From the NCBI RefSeq assembly GCF_009914755.1, contig NC_060926.1: DNA of 64,000 nucleotides; one strand, given 5' to 3'. The notes under the pieces were generated by a model, which saw nothing but the letters and a program-made list of their open reading frames with translations, did no database searches and had not been told where the DNA came from. The translations under genes were made by a program, and so were the position numbers. Positions 1 to 23,649 of the stretch are shown in pieces. The stretch's first letter is position 1. Each line of letters opens with the position of its first letter. This DNA comes from the human T2T-CHM13v2.0 reference genome, Homo sapiens.

Positions 1-40
1 CCAAAAGCTTGCAGCAATCTCCAAAAGCTTGCAGCAATCC
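1..40. repeat. 20-bp tandem duplication
   Basis: ccaaaagcttgcagcaatct / ccaaaagcttgcagcaatcc. Confidence 0.9.
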
Positions 41-2029
41 ATGGAATGTTAATACATTTTTAAAAAGCTGAATCTCAACAAGAACAGTGAAATATGTGGC
101 ATTTAACTTTTCTATTCTCATTCTCTTCTCTCCAGCTCTGTGACAGCACTATAACCAACAGCCCAATCACAGTGAAAATCAGCAGCCTGACAGGCAATAA
201 GGGTGGCAGAACAATGCTGCAGCTCCTCGAAAGCCTGATTTCCAGAGAACTGTCTTTATCTGATCTGTGTGGTGAGTCCCAGTGAGGCCCCACCTGGAAG
301 GCTACTTTTATTTGACCTGACTCAGAGCTTTCCCACTGTGAAAAGCCTCGACCCTGGTAACAGTTGTCAAAAACCTTTAGGGGAAATTTTTAAAAATTTG
401 GCTGCAGAACAATGTGGTAGATGACAGTTGGGCCAAACAATAAGCAGACCCAAAAGTTTAAAAGGAAAAGTTGGGAATAAGATGTCCACAGGGGCTGTAA
501 AAAGTGTTGACACCTTCCTGCCAATCTAGAAGGTCCTGTGTACGCATCGGGCTCTGGCTCTGCCTGTGCTCAGAAGAAACCTGAGACATCCCTAAGCTCT
601 CACACCTGGGGCTGACCCCAGGCTTTGTGTAAACAGGAGGGGAAGGCTAAGGAACAGCTGTCAACTGCCCGGCTGAGTGTTTTGATGTGCCCCAACACAC
701 ACATATGTACGCAAATACACAGGCCTCTCAACAAAGATGGGGAGAATTACTGGTTCCAGGTTTTTAAGGAAATCTCTGTTCAATCATTAGATGACTATGA
801 AGCTCACCACACGGAGACTTCAGTAGCCATGCACCACAAATAATATAGATTTAAAATAACTTGTTCAGAAAGCCACTAAACAAACAGCAACAAAAACAAC
901 AACAAACCTTAGGGAGGGGAAAATCTAATTTCCAGAGTTGCCACCTTATATGTTAGTTGTCCAGTTTTCAACAAAAAATTGAGAGACATACAAAGAAACA
1001 AAAAAGTATAAAGGGACAAAAAGTATTTAATAGAAACTGCCCTTGAGAAAGCCCAGGTTTTAGAATTACTGAATAATTTAATTCAGCTATATTAAATATA
1101 TTCAAAGAACTAAAGGAAATAATGTCCAAAGAACTAAAAGTCACACCAAATGGAGAATATTAAGAAGAGAAAGAAATTATTAAAATAACCAAATAGAAAA
1201 GCACAGTAACTGAAATGAGCCCCTCCCACTGCCCAGTTTTCAAATAAATTTAAAGAAACAAGAAAGTATGGCTCATACATAGGAAAAAATGCAATCAACA
1301 GTAATGGTCCCTGAGGACAGGACTTACTAGAAGACTTTAAATAAGCTATTTTAAATATGTTCAAAGGAAAAAAGGAAACCACGTGCAAAACTAAAGTATG
1401 AGAACAACGCTTCACCAAACAGAAAATATCAATAAAGAGAAAGAAACTGGAAAAAACAAGCAAATTGAAATTCTGGACATAAAAGTACAATAACTAAAAT
1501 AATTCATCAGAGGGGCTCAATAGCATATTTTGGCAGGCAAAGGAAAGAATCAGCAAACTCAAAAATAGGTTGGTTAAGATTATCCAGTCTGGGAAACAGA
1601 AATAAAAATGAAGAAAAATGAAAAGAGCCTGAGTGACTACAAAACACCATCTGTACAACAGGAGTCTCAGAAGAGGAGAGAAAAAAAGGCATGAAGAATA
1701 TTTGAAGAATAGGTGACATTAGTCCAAACTAAACTATTACAAGTTGATGTTAATTGTAATTCTCACAGCAACTATTAAAAAATAAATTTTAAAAATTCAG
1801 ACTTTAAGATAAAAATTGCTACAAGAGGAAAAAAGACATTTAATAATAATAAAGGGATCACTCCATTAAGATGACATAATTATAAACATACGTGAACCTA
1901 ACAAGAGAGCTCCAAAACACAGGAAATAAAAACATGCAGGATGAAGGGATAAAGAAGAAATTCAATAAAAATATTTGGAGAATTCAATATCCCACTTTCA
2001 AACATGGGTAGAACAACTAGAGAGAAGGT
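40..2029 (+). mobile_element. Old L1M 5' region, ORF1 and ORF2-endonuclease fragments
   Basis: A-rich degenerate L1 motifs, e.g. 'ggagaattcaatatcccactttca' (GDFNTPLS-like) at ~1977. Confidence 0.65.
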
Positions 2030-6730
<4,701 letters not shown>

Positions 6731-7060
6731 AACAGGGAGCATTACTAATGCTACAAAAAGAAATGAACTTTCCAATCTTACAGTAAAAGGGATTAAAAGA
6801 GAACACAAGAAACAACTATACACAAACAAATTAGACAGCCTACATGAAATGAACAAATAACTAGAAAGCACAAATTATTGAAATTAACTCCAAAATAAAC
6901 AGAAAATCTTAACAAACCTAATTAGCCATCAAAGTTTCCCCGCAAAGAATAGCCTAGGGACAGGTGGCTTCACTGATGAATTCTACTAAACATTTAAAGA
7001 AGAATTAAAACATATCCTTCACAAGCTTTTTTTAAAAAGCATAAAGAAGGACAAAAAACA

Positions 7061-7256
7061 GGCTGGGCATGGGGAACGGCTGTAATCCCAGCACTTTAGG
7101 AGGCTGAGGCTGAAGGATCATTTGAGCCTAGGAGTTCAACACCAGCCTGGGCAACATAGCAACATACCATGGCTACAAAAAAAAAGAAAGAAAGAAAGAA
7201 AGAAAAGAAAGAAAAGAAAGAAAAGAAAGAAAAGAAAAGAAAAGAAAAGAAAAGAA

Positions 7257-7316
<60 letters not shown>

Positions 7317-7470
7317 GCTGGGTGTGGTGGTGCATGCCTGTATTCCCACTACTCAGGAGGCTGAGGCAGAAAGATTGCTTAAACCCAGAAGTCTGAAGTG
7401 ACAGCGAGCTATGACTGTACCACTGCATTCCAGCCTGGGCAACAAGGCAAGACCCTGTCTCTAAAAAAAT
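7061..7470 (+). mobile_element. AluJ with (GAAA/GAAAA)n expansion in the middle linker
   Basis: Left arm 7061-7176, purine repeat ~7177-7315, right arm 7316-7470. J-type 'ttgagcctaggagttc', 'gaccctgtctc'. Confidence 0.85.
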
Positions 7471-8015
7471 TTAAGTAACAAAAATTTTAAAACTCAAGAG
7501 AAAACATCACGTTCCAAATTATTATATGAAGCAATTCATACCCTGATACATAAATCAGACACGGTCATCACAAGAAAAGAAAACTACAGATGTTCTTATG
7601 AATGTGGATATAAAAATTCTCAACAAAATACAAGCAAATCATATCTAGAAACATATACAAAGGATTATACATCTCGAACAAGTACAAGACTTGTACACTG
7701 TGAACTACAAAGCATCACTGAAAAAAATTTTAAAAGACCTAAATAGAAAGATATCTGGTATTCATAAGCTAGAATACTTAATAATGTTAAAATGGTAATA
7801 TTCAGATCCAACGCAATCTTGTCAAAATCTCACCTTGCTCTTTTGCAAATCGACAAGTGGCTCCTGAAGTTCATAAGAATATTCAAGAATAGCCAAAACA
7901 GTTTTGAAAAAGAAAGACACAATGGAGGACTCAAAACTTCCCGATTTCAAAACTTAACTACAAAGGTATATTAATCAAGACAGAACAGTACTGGAATAAA
8001 GATAAACCTTATCAA

Positions 8016-8318
<303 letters not shown>

Positions 8319-10209
8319 AAAGATAAACCTAATCAAATAGATCAAACAGAATAGAACTGACAGTCCAGAAACAAACCCTCGCATTTATGGCCAATTGATT
8401 TCGGCACTCAATTGATGAATGCCAAGATAACTCAGAGGAGAAAAGAACAATCTTCTCAACAACTGGCACTGGAATAACTAGGTATCTGCTTGGAAAAGAA
8501 TGAGGACGGACCCTGCCTAACAACATATGCAAAAATTAAATCCAGAAGGAACAAAGACCTCAGTGTAAGAGATAAAGCTATAAAACTTTTGAAGATAACA
8601 TAGATGTAAATCTTCATAACCTCTGATGAGGCAATGGTTTCTTAACTAGAATAGGTAAGCAAAGACAACACAGATAAATTAGACTTTATCAAAATTAAAA
8701 CAGTTTGTGCTTCAAAGGGCACTATCAATAAAGTGAAAAGACAACCCACAGGATGGGAGAAAATTTCTGCAAATGATGTATCTGATAAGAGATACATACA
8801 GAGAATATAAAAAGAACTCTTGCAATGAATAAAAGACAAACCTCCCAATCAAAAAATGGACAAGGAAACTGACTAGACATTTCTCCAAAGATACATAAAC
8901 GGACAATAATACATACATACACGAAAAGACGCTCAAAACCAGTCCTTAGACAGATGTTAATCAAAAGCAAAACAACATACTGCTTCAAAAACAAAAGGAT
9001 GGCTGTAATAAAAAAGACAACAATAAGCATTGATGAGGATGTGGAGACATCGAAAACGCCTAAGTCGCTGGTGGTAACATAAAATGGAGCAGCCACACTG
9101 GAAAACAGTTGGGTAGTTATTAAAAAAACTAAATATAAAGTTACCATACAATATACCAATTATACTCTTATGTATATACATAAGAAAACCGAAAATACTT
9201 GTGCAAACAAAAACTTATATACCAGTGTTCATAATAGCATTGTTCAAATTCATGATAGTCAAAAATGAAAACAACCTAAATGTCCACTGACTAATGAGCA
9301 GTTAACAAAATGTGGTAAATCCATTTAATGGAGTATTTTTCAGCCACAACAAAAAGGAATGAAGTACTGACACAAAGCTCACAGATGAATCTTGAGGACT
9401 AATGCTAAGTGAAAGCAGCCAGATACAAAAGGCCATATATTTTAGTATTCCATTTATAGGAAACGTCCAGAATAGGCAAAAAGAACCTAGATTAGCAGTT
9501 GTCAGGGGCTGGGAAGGAATAGGGTGTGACTCCTATTGTATAAAGGATTTCTTTTGGGGTGATGGAAATATTTTGGAATGAGACAGTTGTGATGGTTGTA
9601 CAAGTCTATGAGTATACTTCAAAAACCCACTGAATTATACACTTTAAAAGGTGAAGTATGATATGAGAAATTGTATCTCAATATTTTAAAAGTCAACAAC
9701 AGCAAAAAGCATGCTTTTGTGTTCTATTCCCTAAATCTTTTCTAAAATGTTTATCTAAATGGTATTTTAAATATTGTGTAACCAGAGGACAAAATGTAAT
9801 CTCTGCTCAAGAGCTTTAAGCTTATAGTTCTTTCATGGATACAAATTCATTCATTAGATTGTGCACGGGGAGGAGAAAACAGCAAATGATAAAGCAAATG
9901 GGTCAAACTGTCAACAGCAGGTGAATCTGGGTAAAGAATATGAATGTTTTTGACTATTTTCATTCTTAAAAATTTTCTGAAAGTTTGAATATATGCCAAA
10001 AATTTGAAAAAAGAAAACCACTACTGTAAGACTTCTAAAAATCTCAACGTTTGAACACATTCACTCTTTTAAAAAGATATACATCAAGCAATTGTAAATT
10101 CACTTAAATTATGCTAAGTTGGAAATACTGATTACAGAGGAGGTTGGTATCCTTACTGTAGCCACAGATTAAATGTGCCAAGAACATGCTGCTGACATGT
10201 CTGTGACTA

Positions 10210-10270
10210 CAGTGGTATTATAGCCATCTTAAAACACTCAGTGGTATTACAACCATCTTAAAACACTCAG
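10210..10270. repeat. 29-bp tandem duplication
   Basis: cagtggtattatagccatcttaaaacact / cagtggtattacaaccatcttaaaacact. Confidence 0.9.
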
Positions 10271-10459
10271 TTAAAATGATGCTTATGCCAACACAGCTAT
10301 TGTGCAGGGATTTTATCTTGCATTACATCTTGTAATATAATATTTATGATTGGAAATATGGTATATCCATACAGTTATCTATATTGCATACTCATATATA
10401 ATCTATAAGATCACATTCTAAATATTAGATAAGTAATCCATATCTTGTTTTTTAATAAA

Positions 10460-13735
<3,276 letters not shown>

Positions 13736-13746
13736 TTAAAAGTCAA

Positions 13747-14052
<306 letters not shown>

Positions 14053-15489
14053 AGTCAGTATTTATTTTTACACCCCACACAGGGCTTGCTTCTTTTGGTT
14101 ACTTTTATACAATAGCTTCTGAAGGATTCCAAATCATCATCTCACATCAACTACATGAAGGCCTTACTCCAAAATTGCAACCATTTTCCTTGCCTTATTT
14201 CTTGTACCTGCAAACCCAAAGGCCTATCATTACTAAATCCTCCTTCTGAGAAACACATCACTATGTTTTGTGAGGATGATGGCTACCAATCTCATTACGT
14301 GTCTTTCTTACAGAATATCCAAAATTTCAGCACAAGACAAAAAATAAAAATACATCTATACATATAGATACCTTATCAAGCCAATATTTAACCACTTCAT
14401 TAAAGCAGTGAATGGAAAAAAGTATTTCCCCATGAAAAGTGTTCGCAAGGCTTTATAGTCTACATTTTCGTCTGTATGATAGTTAAAATCATTAACTATA
14501 ATCAAATACATACATATATAAAGATTTAAAAAGCTACGTACCTAAGATGTGTGTGCTCTACTGATTATAAGCTATGTTTCAATTTAAAAACAGTCAAAGT
14601 TTGAAGATAGCAGTGCTGTGTTTCATGGACATTCCACCTTTCCTCTCCCTGACTGTCCTTGTGGCTTCTGTAGCCCTAGTCCTCTCTCCAGTATGCCATG
14701 ATCCTAATGTCCCTACACTTGCTTCTCCCCCTGCTAGCAGCTCTACACTCTGTGGCAAAGAGCATCAGGACAGGGTCTCTTTACCGGATATTCCCCTTCA
14801 GGCAGCAACAGACTGGGAGAGCAGTTAACATCACTGACTTAGAAATAATTTTTTTTTTTTAATTACGGGTTTCTCAGAAATCATGTAGAAGTTGAATGAG
14901 TTCAGAGCCAGAACTAGGGCATGGGTCTGCTGATTCCAAGACTCCAATATCTACCACATCTGCATTCTGGTTTATCAGCTCAAGATTCCAGTCTAGTTTC
15001 TCAACACTGTGGAATGAAAAACTGCTCAGCCATCAACTTGTAACCAAAGATGACTAATATTTTAGCCAATAAGGATTAAAAGGAGGAAAACGAGCTTAGT
15101 TTCCAGGTACTAATATCCTTTTAATAGCCTAAATTTGCAGTAAAGAAAGTACAATAAGCTGGAAATAGCCAACAAACCAAGAGGAACTCATTTCCTACAG
15201 AACACATGCACTGTTAATTTTAGGGATTTACCAGAGTTGCACATTTTAAAGTTAAAATGATAGAACCAGAGAACAGAAGCAGAGAGCAGAATAAGTCAAC
15301 AGTTCACTGATGGTGCAGACTCACATTCAGCACAACCAGACATATTGTAACAGGAAAAAAAAAATCCCTTTAAGTGAAAATAAGGATTTAAGGAAGTTAG
15401 AAAAACATGGAGTCAGTTAGGTTTGGTGTGTAGGTTCTGGTCTACTTTTGTAGTCTGTAGTTCCAAAGACAATTGAGTTTTGTAAGCCC

Positions 15490-16030
15490 CTGTGATGGTA
15501 ATATGTGTCTGCTTCATTCTTCTAGCTCTGCTGGAGCTCCCACTGGATAGCTTCTGGTGCCACACAGCGGGGTGGAAGGCACATCCTCAGGCTGCACAGT
15601 ATGATTAGGCCAGTGGGTAGGGGACTGCCAGACCTGAGGGGTGAATAAGAGCATTTCCCGTGGCTTGTTCTACAGTCACCTCACTGGTAAGCTTCTCACT
15701 CTATCTCTGCTGGGCCACTGTTGTGGGCAGACTAGGCCTGCTACTGCCACTGGGTAAAATGTCTCATTGGCAAGTCCCTCCTGGGCTTCCCTTTTCCTGA
15801 TCCTTTGGCCAGAGAGGACAGGGTTTTCTGTTTTTTGTTTTTGTTGCTGTTTATGCCTGTTGGCAATTTCAAGTTGTACTCCACTCCAGTCTGGGATACA
15901 CGGGGGAAAAACACAAACACGCATACACACCACACCGCCCCAACACACATGCATGGAAATTACTCCAGTCCAGTGTGTTTCAAGTCCTAACGTCCCCTAG
16001 CCAGTCCACCCGCTTTCCACCTTTTAGAGT
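15490..16030 (-). mobile_element. Probable old L1M 5'-region fragment in reverse orientation
   Basis: 'tcctttggccagagaggacagggttttc…tgcctgttggcaatttc' resembles recalled L1M 5' ends in antisense. Confidence 0.45.
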
Positions 16031-16090
16031 CCTTTAATACCATACAGGATCAGTGAACTTGAAGACAGATCTAAAGAAGTGTTCAATTTC

Positions 16091-16687
<597 letters not shown>

Positions 16688-16808
16688 CTATACTAGAACA
16701 CCAATTCGAATTGGTGTTCAGTCTGAAACCATGAAAGTGCAAAAGGAGTGGCATATTTCTTAAATGCTGAAATATAAGAACTGAAACATAAGTACTGTCA
16801 ATTGTGTG

Positions 16809-17130
16809 GGCCCAGCACGGTAGCTCATGCCTACAACCCCAGCACTTTGGGAGGCCGAGGCGGGAGGGCCACTTGAGCCCAGGAGCTCGAGACCAGCCTG
16901 GGCAACACAGTGAGACTACATCACTACAAAAAAATTTTAAAAATTAGCTGGGCATGGTGCTGTGCATATGTAGTTCCAGCTACTCAGGAGGCTGAGGTGG
17001 GAGGATTGCTTGAGCCCAGGAGGTCAAGCTGCAGTGAGCCATGATTGTGCCACTCACTGTACTCCTACCTGGGTGACAGAGTGAAACCCTGTCTCATTAA
17101 AACAAAAACAAAACAAACAAAAAACAACAG
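16809..17130 (+). mobile_element. AluJ
   Basis: 'ttgagcccaggagctcgag', 'gaggtcaagctgcag'. (AAAAC)n tail. Confidence 0.85.
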
Positions 17131-18705
17131 AAAACTGTTAATTATGAATGCTATAACCAGCAAAGCTATCCTTCAAAAAAGAAGGTAACATAAAGGTATT
17201 AGCAAATTAAAAATTTTGTCACTACCAAGCCTACGCTTAAAGAAGGTCTAAAGGAGTATCTTCAAAAAGAAAGAAAATAATAAAAGGCAGCTTGGAATTT
17301 CATAAAGGAAACAAGAGCAAAGGAAGGGGTAAATATAAGAGACCATCCTTTTCCATCAAGTTTCTTAAATCATACTGACGGTTAAAACAAACTTAACATC
17401 TGCTGTGCTCAATGTATGGAAATGAAATAACTTCAGAAAAGTGCATTTTAAAAAACAGAGAAGGCAAAGAGACCTTAATGAAAGTCAGACAAAACCCAAC
17501 TACATACCGTCTAATAAAACTTATTTCAAACACATCAGTTTTACATAAAAGGTCGTTAAAAGATATATCATGCTAACATTATTTTTTAAAAACAGGTATG
17601 GCTATGTTAACACAGATAAGGTAGATTTCAGAGGAAAGAAAATTACTAGAGACAAAGACATTACATAACGATACTTTAAAAATCAATCCATCAATAAAAA
17701 AATACTGCTCCTAAAAGTAAATGCACCAAACAACAGAGTTGCAAAATAATAAAACAAAAACTGATAAAGCTAAATTACAGGTGGAGATTTCAACACTTCA
17801 CTGTCAGCAACTGGTAGAACTAAAAGAAAATTAGCAAAGACAGAAAAGAACTGAACAACAATCAACCAACAGGATCTAAAAGACATCTCCAGAACACTCC
17901 ACCCTACAACAGAATATTCATTCCCTTTAAGCTACCGTGGACCATGCACCAGGACAGACCATACCCTGGGTCATAAAACAAACCCCAACTATTTTAAAAT
18001 AATTAAAATTATTCCATTTTCCAACTATAATGCTGGTGAACCTTAAGTTCATATGATTTCCAATCACAATGTAATCAGACTAGAAATCAGTAACAGAAAC
18101 ATAACACAAAAATCTTCAAACACTTCTGTATACCACATGTCTAAACAAATCATTGGCCAAAAAGCAATAGAACAGCAAAAAATACATATACGTAAATAAA
18201 AATAAAAACGCAAAATATCAAAAAACAGTTCTGACCGAAACACTTATGTCACAGTGACGCTTATATTAGAAAAGAGGAAATGGTCTCACATTAATAATCT
18301 CTGTCCCCTACTTTAAGAAACTAGAAAAAGTAGAGCAAAATAAATTCAAAGCAAGTAGAATGAAAATTATAAAAACAAGAGCAGAAACCAATGAAATTGA
18401 AAACAGGAAAATAACAACAACAAAAATCAATGAAATCAAATACTGGTTCTCTGAAAAATAATCAAAACTGAAAAGGCTCTAGCAAGACTGACAAAAAGGT
18501 GAAGACACAAAGCACAACCATCAGGAATGAAACAAGGGATAGCTTCATACTATAGCCATTAGAAGATTACTAAGGGCATAGAATGAATAACTTTATGCTC
18601 ATAAATTTGACAACTTTGAAAATACGGACCAATTCCTCAAAAACCACAAACTACCAAAGCTCAACCAAGATGAAGGAAATGGCCTGCATATACCCATAAC
18701 CATTA

Positions 18706-19049
<344 letters not shown>

Positions 19050-19852
19050 AAGAGAAAGATCTCCAAAAAAGAAATTCCCAGGCCAAAATGGCTTTACTGG
19101 AAAATTTTACCAAACATTTTAAAAAGAATTAGGGCCAATTTTACATAATCTAGTTTAAAAAAACAAAGAACATTTCCCAACTCATCTAATGAAGCTAGTG
19201 TATTACTCTTGACATCAAAGCTAGACAAAACCATTGCAAAATTTTTTTAAAACTATAGACCACTATTCCTTATTAAGTTAGATGCAAAAACCCTCAAACA
19301 AATACCAGCAAACTGAATCTAGTAATATAGAAAAAGGACTACACACCATAAGCAGAATTTATCCGAAATATGCAAGACTGAATCAACATTTGAAAAAAAA
19401 TTAATGGAATCAAATATACTAATAAATAACAAAATCATATGATCATGTCAATTGATGCAAAAAAAATCATTTGACAAAATCCAACATCTCATCATGATAC
19501 AAATTCTCACTAAAATAGGAACAAACTGGAACTTCCTTTACTTGACAAAGAGCATCTGCAAAAATCTATACCTTAATGGTGAAAGAATGGTTTTCCCCTA
19601 AGACTGGGAAAAGGTGATCCACAACTTTTTTTCAGCACAGTACTAGAAATTCTAAGATACTGCAATAAGGCAAGGAAAATAAAATGCATACAGATCAGGA
19701 AGGAAGAATAAAATTGTCCGTATTGGCAAATGATACGATCGTTTACATGGAAAATCCAAAGGAACCTGTGAAAATCATCTAAAACTTCTAGAATAAGTAA
19801 GTTCAGCAAGGAAGCAGGATATAAGATTAACACACAAAAATCAATAACATTT

Positions 19853-20007
19853 CTATATACTAACAATGAACATATGGAAACCAAAAAGTTAAAAACAAGA
19901 CACTATATACTAACAATGAACATATGGAAACCAAAAAATAAAAAACAAAACACCATTTACAATCACTCTGGAAAGTGAAATACTTGCAATCACTCCGGAA
20001 AGTGAAA
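19853..20007. repeat. Two adjacent tandem duplications (50-bp and 27-bp periods) in L1 ORF2
   Basis: ctatatactaacaatgaacatatggaaacc… at 19853 and 19903; caatcactc(t/c)ggaaagtgaaa at 19960 and 19987. Confidence 0.9.
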
Positions 20008-21030
20008 GCTATGTACAGGATCTATATACTAAAAAATTTTAAATGCTGATTAAAAAAAGAAAACCTAAATAAATGAACATATATAATAGAGTACTTAACA
20101 CAGGAAAAATGTCAATTCTCCCCAAATTAATATACAGGTTTAATGCAATTCCTATCAATATCTCAGCAACATATTTCATACACACAAACTAGCTTATTCT
20201 AAAATTTGCATGCAAAGGTACACACCCTAAAATAGTCAAAACAATCTTGAGAAATAAGGAAAAAGTGACAGAAATTACTTTCCCCAATATTAAGGTAGAG
20301 TAAGAGTAAGGGTAGTATTATTCTAGTAATAGAGTACCTGAGAGAGTGTGACATTGCCAAAATGACATGCACAGACTAATGGAATAGAACAGATGACCCA
20401 GAAAGAGAGCCACACAAATATGCCCAATTGATTTTGATACAAGTATGAAAATAATCCACTGGAGGAATTTTTTCAATTTTCAATAAATGGTGCTAGAGCA
20501 ACTGGACATCCACAAGCCAAAAAGTGCCAAATATTTTTGTATCTCGGAACCAACTTGCTAAATGGAAATGTGAAATAGTTACAATGGCCCATCAGATAAT
20601 TTCTTGATTATACAGAGAACAATTATATTTTTACTCCATTCTTTAACTCATGTGGTATTGATCTCCTATTACTTTGATCAAAGTTTCAGGGTACAAATTA
20701 AAATTTCGATTTTTTTTCAAGGAAAGTTTATAAATAACAGGTCATACTCCAAAGTGGTAAAAGAAAAAAAAGACTTAAAGTTTGGAAAATTTTCTTGGGC
20801 ATAGTAGTAACTGGGGTAAAAAGAGAAAAATTTATGTCAAAGTGAGAATGTGTTATATATATTTAAAAATATTTCTCTTTTTTCATTAAGTAGTGTAAAC
20901 TAGATTTTTTTTTTACTACTAAACATGACTTTTGTAAATACATGGTCCAAAAATTTTATTCTCTATTAGTCTTTAATAGTTTATTCTCCATCTCTGACAT
21001 AAATTTTAAGTTAAAAAATTATCCAACAGC

Positions 21031-21326
21031 GGCTGGGCACGGTGGCTCACGGCTGTAATCCCAGCAGTTTGGGAGGCCGAGGCAGGCAATCACCTGAGGT
21101 CAGGAGTTTGAGACCAGCCTGGCCAACATGGTGAAACCCCATCTGTACTAAAAATACAAAAATTAGCCGGTGTGGTGGCATGTGCCTGTAGTCCCAGCTA
21201 TTCAGGAGGCAGAGGCAGGAGAATAGCTTGAACCCGGGAGGCGGAGGTTGCAGTAAGCCGAGATCGCGCCACTGCACTCCAGGCTGGGCGACAGAGTGAG
21301 ACTCCGTCTCAAAAAAAAAAAAAAAA
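21031..21326 (+). mobile_element. AluSx-like
   Basis: Full dimer. TSD ttatcc(a/t)acagc. Confidence 0.88.
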
Positions 21327-22099
21327 GTTATCCTACAGCAATAATTTTTAAAATGAAGTTAAATGTTTGAATAAATGTGAGACTTTGTTCACATTTATTC
21401 CAAAAGGAAAAAAATTGAAAGACACCAAATTTGGCAACTTCTAAGCACAATAATGTTTACATAAAAACAAAAAGCAAAGAAACAAAAATTTTGTTGTGCC
21501 TGGTACTTAATGATTTACATAAACTAAATTTTAGCATTACTATGAATTTTAGTTTATTATTTTTAAAATTTATTTAGTCACATGTTTTACTTTTGACTAC
21601 ATACATATGAAACAACATTATATATTTTATTTTTCCCCCTCTAGTAACCAGGCACAAATTTTAATGTACTTCTAGTCTGTCCTGGCTTGCTTTGAAATTC
21701 AAGGGATACTATTTTGGTGCTGACCACTGACTATAAACAGAAAGTACCAGCTAACTCATAGGATGGGGAGAGGCAAGGTTATTTCATGATCTCATTGTGG
21801 GATGAGGCAAACCTAAACTTAAAAAAAGAAACAAGTTACCTCTTCAAGACATTAGTTTAAAAAAAAAAATGTGCTCAAGTGTTAGAACTTCTATTCCAAA
21901 GGACAAAAGTTTCCTGTTTTGAAAACATGCGGGAAAGCTTATACCTGCTGGCATGGCTGCCAAGTATGTTGACAAATAATGAAAGTTTCAAAACTAGGCC
22001 TCTGAAATACAATTAGCTAATGTCATAGTAGGTGCCTTGATTATTCCAAAAAAAAAAAGATAACTTTTAACTAAAAGCTACTGCACATAACCACAGTGC

Positions 22100-23500
22100 T
22101 AACGGCTAAGGCTGGACCTCCTCAAGGAACTCATACACTGAGATGAGACACAGACGAATAAATCAAGTACTGGGTGCTCCAGGTGCACTGAAACCACCAA
22201 ATTCAGCCACAAGGGTTTATGGAGTGGTTACGTCTGAAGGAAGAGTCAGGTGAACACGGAGGTTAAGGTAGGGCATTCCTACCAGAAAGCACAACAGTGC
22301 AAAGGAATTTGAGGTATGAAAAATCATGGTTCTTTAAGAAGATAAGTCATTTCATAGGTCTGAAATCTGGGGAGCATTGAAGAGAATTAAGAAGAGGCTG
22401 GAGAGGGGGGCAGAAGCTGAGCCACCATCCACACCAAACCCTGGAAGTTGTGTGCTATTTTTCCCATTTTCCAGTAATTTGCCCAAGGTCAAACTTCTGG
22501 CAAGTGGCAGAGATGAGAGGACAGATCAGGTCTGCATCTCTACAAAGCTCAAGCTCAGGCTGTCTCTCAACGACCTTCCAATACTTAGAATAATCTCCCA
22601 ACAGGTGCAGCTTCCTGAAGACAGAGAAAGCCCATGGTGAAGTAGAACAGTAACAAACCCTGAAACCAATCATTAAAGTAGCTGTTCTCAAAGTGGAGTT
22701 CTTGGACCACTGCATTAAAATGCCTTGGTACTCAGCAAAAGGTAGATTCTGGGCCTACATTCAGACATACTGAATCGCATTCTCTGAGACTGAGCCTGGG
22801 AGTCTGCATTTTATGATACCCACAAGCTTTGAAGGCTGGTGATTTAAATGCCTGTTACGCCTAGGGCAAGTGACCAGATTTGAAGGGGCATATGAAGAAA
22901 GGAAAGGCTTAATTCAACTTCAGATAAATGGGATCTGAGTTAACAATGAGCTATGCAAGGAAAAATGCTGAAGCAGGCAGTTCCAAGACAGTACTTGAAC
23001 TTGGGGAAAGGGACACCAACAGAGGGACGAAACTGAAGCTCTCAGCTTTCAAAAATCAAGGAAGAAATGGTAGAGGGCTGAGCTCTGCAACTTATTACGG
23101 GCAGAACCTCCCTCCAGCAGCAGTGGAGCACTGACAGTGGAGGTTTATGAGCAAGAGGAACAGAAGAGGGCATGTGTCATGGAAGCCAAGAAAGGGCTCA
23201 ACAGTGTCAAAGACTATCCCACAGAGAAAAGAAGAGGACAGAGGGGCAGAGACTTGAAAATAAGCCACCAGAGTTGGCCAATTGGAAGCCACTGGTAAGT
23301 CTTGAGACAGGTTTCTGAGTGGCAGAGAGAAGCCAGACTCTAAAGTAGATGCCTTGGAAAGTCAAGAAAACAGGAGAAGAGAAAGGAGAAGAAAAGCTCT
23401 ATCTGAAGACTGAAGTAAAGAAACGTGGGGGGAGACACAAACTGAGGTTACAAGAAGGGAGAAATAGAAGGAGCTGACGCTGGAGGGTCTGTTTCAATGA
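22100..23500. mobile_element. Highly degenerate L2 remnants with an embedded MER5-like hAT fragment (~22675-22830)
   Basis: L2-like purine-rich motifs; 'gttctcaaagtg…gattctgggcc…actgaatc…gagtctgcatttt' is typical of MER5. Confidence 0.45.
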
Positions 23501-23649
23501 GCTAAGATACAAGGTCATCTGTGTCTCTGGGGAGGTGGGGAAGAGCTGGACAGGTTTGAAGAACCAACTGCTTCAGCCCCATGGTCAAGGCCTGGAAGAG
23601 CCACTGTGGTCCTGACTCTCAAACAGGGAAGTATTTTCTTGGCGCACCT

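Noticed and set aside
960-1500. Two successive similar blocks (about 960-1218 and 1232-1500)
   Set aside because: Highly diverged. Best explained as two old L1 ORF1-start fragments.
7096-7428. Lys/Glu/Arg-rich and Phe/Ser/Leu-rich ORFs
   Set aside because: Translations of the (GAAA)n microsatellite and Alu arms.
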